A DNA stretch of 35,829 nt, taken from Octopus bimaculoides (taxonomy: Eukaryota). Of this stretch, positions 33,789 through 35,829 are shown piece by piece; the stretch's first letter is position 1; every line of letters begins with the position of its first letter. The translations under genes and the position numbers were made by a program. Where the stretch lies: NCBI RefSeq assembly GCF_001194135.2, contig NC_068985.1, forward strand, positions 10,107,609 through 10,143,437. The letters are read 5' to 3'. Under the pieces are notes generated by a model. The model saw only the letters and a program-made list of their open reading frames with translations. It did not search any database and was not told where the DNA came from.

Positions 33789-33834
33789 GACACCTGATGA
33801 AGGCTGGAGGGTATATCAGCCGAAACGTTGTGTT
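33789..33834 (+). ncRNA. Minimal type-I hammerhead ribozyme (dimer type), GUU triplet
   Basis: GACAC-CUGAUGA-A-GGCUG(GAGGGUAUAU)CAGCC-GAAA-CG-UU-GUGUU. Helix I 5 bp, helix II 5 bp, palindromic ACGU helix III. Confidence 0.8.
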
Positions 33835-34059
33835 AACAACCAACAAGATGAGGACAAATATCCGTCAAATGTAAATAATGTAAATAATGAGATAATTATA
33901 TTATAAAAAATGTGCCTAGTAAACGTATATCATTATTAAATTCCTTGTTTGCATCGTCTACAACAAGATCTGGAATGAATATTTCTTCATGTTTGTCTTT
34001 AACACGTCTAGGCAGGTTCATACGCAAAATATGCTGGGCGCTGTATTGTACGACCTTGT

Positions 34060-34255
34060 TCATCGGTTGGTAGGTATAAGCTTCGACCAGCAAACAATTC
34101 GTTTGCTACATGTAGACATAAAGCCAGCAGAATGATTTAGGCTCAAAGGTCTGGATGCTTCTGGCTGGCGTGACACAACATATCGAAATGCAGGTGTCCC
34201 AGGATGCCGTGCGCCAATGAAACGAGTGTGTTTAACACACTGTCTTCGTGTCTTC
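34060..34255 (-). CDS. Candidate terminal coding exon, product unknown
   Basis: aacttctttttag|G acceptor at 34256-34257 in non-repeat, GC-balanced sequence. One frame is open for 64 codons (KTRRQCVKHTRFIGARHPGTPAF...KLIPTNR*), another for 36. No family recognised. Confidence 0.25.
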
Positions 34256-34391
34256 CTAAAAAGAAGTTATTCTCCTATAATATATACTAAAGCGATTAGC
34301 GTATTTTGCGTCTGAACCTGCTTAGATGTGTGTAAAAAAAAAACAAAAGCAAAAACATACAAATATTCATTCATTATTAAATTCTCTTTCC

Positions 34392-34608
34392 TAAGGCGGT
34401 GAGCTGGCAGAAACGTTAACACGCCGGGCAAATATTTAGCGGTATTTAGTTTATCTTTACGTTCTGCGTTCAAATTCCGCCGAGGTCGACTTTGCCTTTT
34501 ATCCTTTCGGGGTCAATAAATTAAGTACCAGTTGCGTACTTGGGTCGATCGGATCGACTGGCACCCACCCACAAAATTTCCGGCCTTGTGCTTATAGTAG
34601 AAAGGATT
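34392..34608 (+). mobile_element. Family-A SINE, full length, young
   Basis: aaggcggtgagctggcagaaacgttaacacgccgggc...gttcaaattccgccgaggtcgactttgcc...aaaatttccggccttgtgcttatagtagaaagg. Confidence 0.93.
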
Positions 34609-34927
34609 AAATTCACTTTTGTATTATTACTCTTCATCAGTATAAGTTAGCGTGCTTCAGTTTATGTAAAAATAACCAAATCTGGCATCAAAGCATCCCT
34701 GCTTCTGCTATAGTTCCATCCAATCAAAGATGCCTTTTTGGGGCATCAGTAATGCCAGTACCGCGGAGAAACCACTGAGCAGACTCTGTACAGGAGTTTG
34801 GAAAGGCATCCAGCTACAGGAAACGTAGAAAAGCAGACGATGGAGTTCGATACTGTGTTCTTCGCCTCGTTGGATCCTGTCGAACCGTCAGAGCCATGCC
34901 AGTATGGAGGACAGACATTGAATGCTT

Positions 34928-34945
34928 ACAACAACAACAACAACA

Positions 34946-34976
<31 letters not shown>

Positions 34977-35011
34977 TGATGATGATGGTGATGGTAGTGA
35001 TGGTGATGATG

Positions 35012-35054
<43 letters not shown>

Positions 35055-35278
35055 CGGTGATGGTGATGACGATGGTGGTGATGATGGTGATGATGATGAT
35101 GATTATGATGGTGGTGGTAGTGGTAGTGGTGATGATGATGATGGTGATGGTAGTGGTGATGAGAATGATGACGATGACGATGGTAATGATGATGATGACG
35201 ATGATGGTGATGATGATAGTGATGACGATGATGGTCATGGTGATGATGATGATGATAATCTAACGGTGACGATGATGA
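34928..35278. repeat. Compound trinucleotide repeat (AAC)n-(GAC)n-(GAT/GGT)n
   Basis: Direct observation; explains the poly-D, poly-T/M and poly-I/V ORFs in the track. Confidence 0.97.
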
Positions 35279-35829
35279 ATTCTACTTATGTAAACTACAA
35301 GTCAACAGAGTCGACCACTCCCAATTATTTCATTTTATTTATCCACGTCCTGGAGTCATGTAATCAAGACTCAATTGATTGAAAGATCGCAGAAACGATG
35401 TGAAAAATGCTTACAATAATTCCCAAGGTCTGTATATTAATCTCACCACTTCCATCTACTACTGTGGTTATTCACTACGATTCTTGACGTTTCTACTCAC
35501 GACAGTGAATCCAGTTTTCTCCGGATTCAGTCATTACAATACGACTAAAATCTACTCTGTACCAATTAGTTTGTTGCTGGATCGAACTACAGAATCAGTT
35601 GCAATACAGAAGAACTTCTTTCACGATGTCACGAATTCCATTGATTAAAGCGCCACTTTAATTTCATAATTTAGTTTCTTGCTTTCGACCAATAAGCAGA
35701 CTGCATTGCAAACTTCTAAACAGTCACGTTCAGCTCCTGTTATAAAACAGAAGGAAATAACAACTGGTACATACATACATACATATCTACAAACATGCAT
35801 GCATATATGTCTATATATGTTTGTGTGTA

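Larger units (their letters stand above)
33394..33897. mobile_element. Head-to-head palindromic element: tRNA-like head, (AAT)n linker and hammerhead-bearing Penelope-type tail
   Basis: The left arm is the reverse complement of the right arm about a ccc-ac-ggg centre (33610-33617). The right arm is complete; the left arm has two internal deletions. Confidence 0.85.

Noticed and set aside
33950-34140. Plus-frame LLHVDIKPAE resembling a kinase HRDIKP catalytic loop
   Set aside because: No other kinase motifs (VAIK, DFG, APE), and a stop codon follows immediately.
34615-34650. Minus-strand CUGAUGA-A-GAGUAAUAAUAC as another hammerhead
   Set aside because: Helix II is incomplete and there is no GAAA-NUH or helix I; at most a remnant.
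34798-35382. 194-aa Asp-rich protein as a gene
   Set aside because: It starts at a non-ATG codon, is dominated by a trinucleotide repeat open in several frames and both strands, and has no splice or homology support.

Overview
AT-rich, repeat-saturated eukaryotic DNA from a gapped draft assembly (12 N-runs, about 3.6 kb). The SINE families and microsatellite load look like an octopus (coleoid cephalopod) genome; this is an inference from repeat content. No intact protein-coding gene can be supported. The supplied ORFs are N-runs, microsatellite translations or transposon debris, and only four weak candidate exons remain. The window is a mosaic of tRNA-headed SINEs (my labels A-E, with visible head/tail swapping), LINE fragments (R4/Dong-like, L1/Tx1-like), DNA transposons (a maT/DD37D-like relic, a mariner-type MITE, an 8-bp-TSD Merlin-like MITE, Helitron ends), minisatellites and microsatellites. 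The main unexplained signal is a set of type-I hammerhead ribozyme (HHR) motifs from at least six unrelated sequence contexts. They include (i) a complete GUC-cleaving HHR inside a 359-bp-period partial tandem unit (retrozyme-like, 1818-2283), which also carries a decayed HHR-like motif on the opposite strand, and (ii) a 500-bp head-to-head palindrome made of a tRNA-derived Pol III head, an (AAT)n linker and a Penelope-type HHR tail (33394-33897). Structures were folded by eye; catalytic activity is untested.
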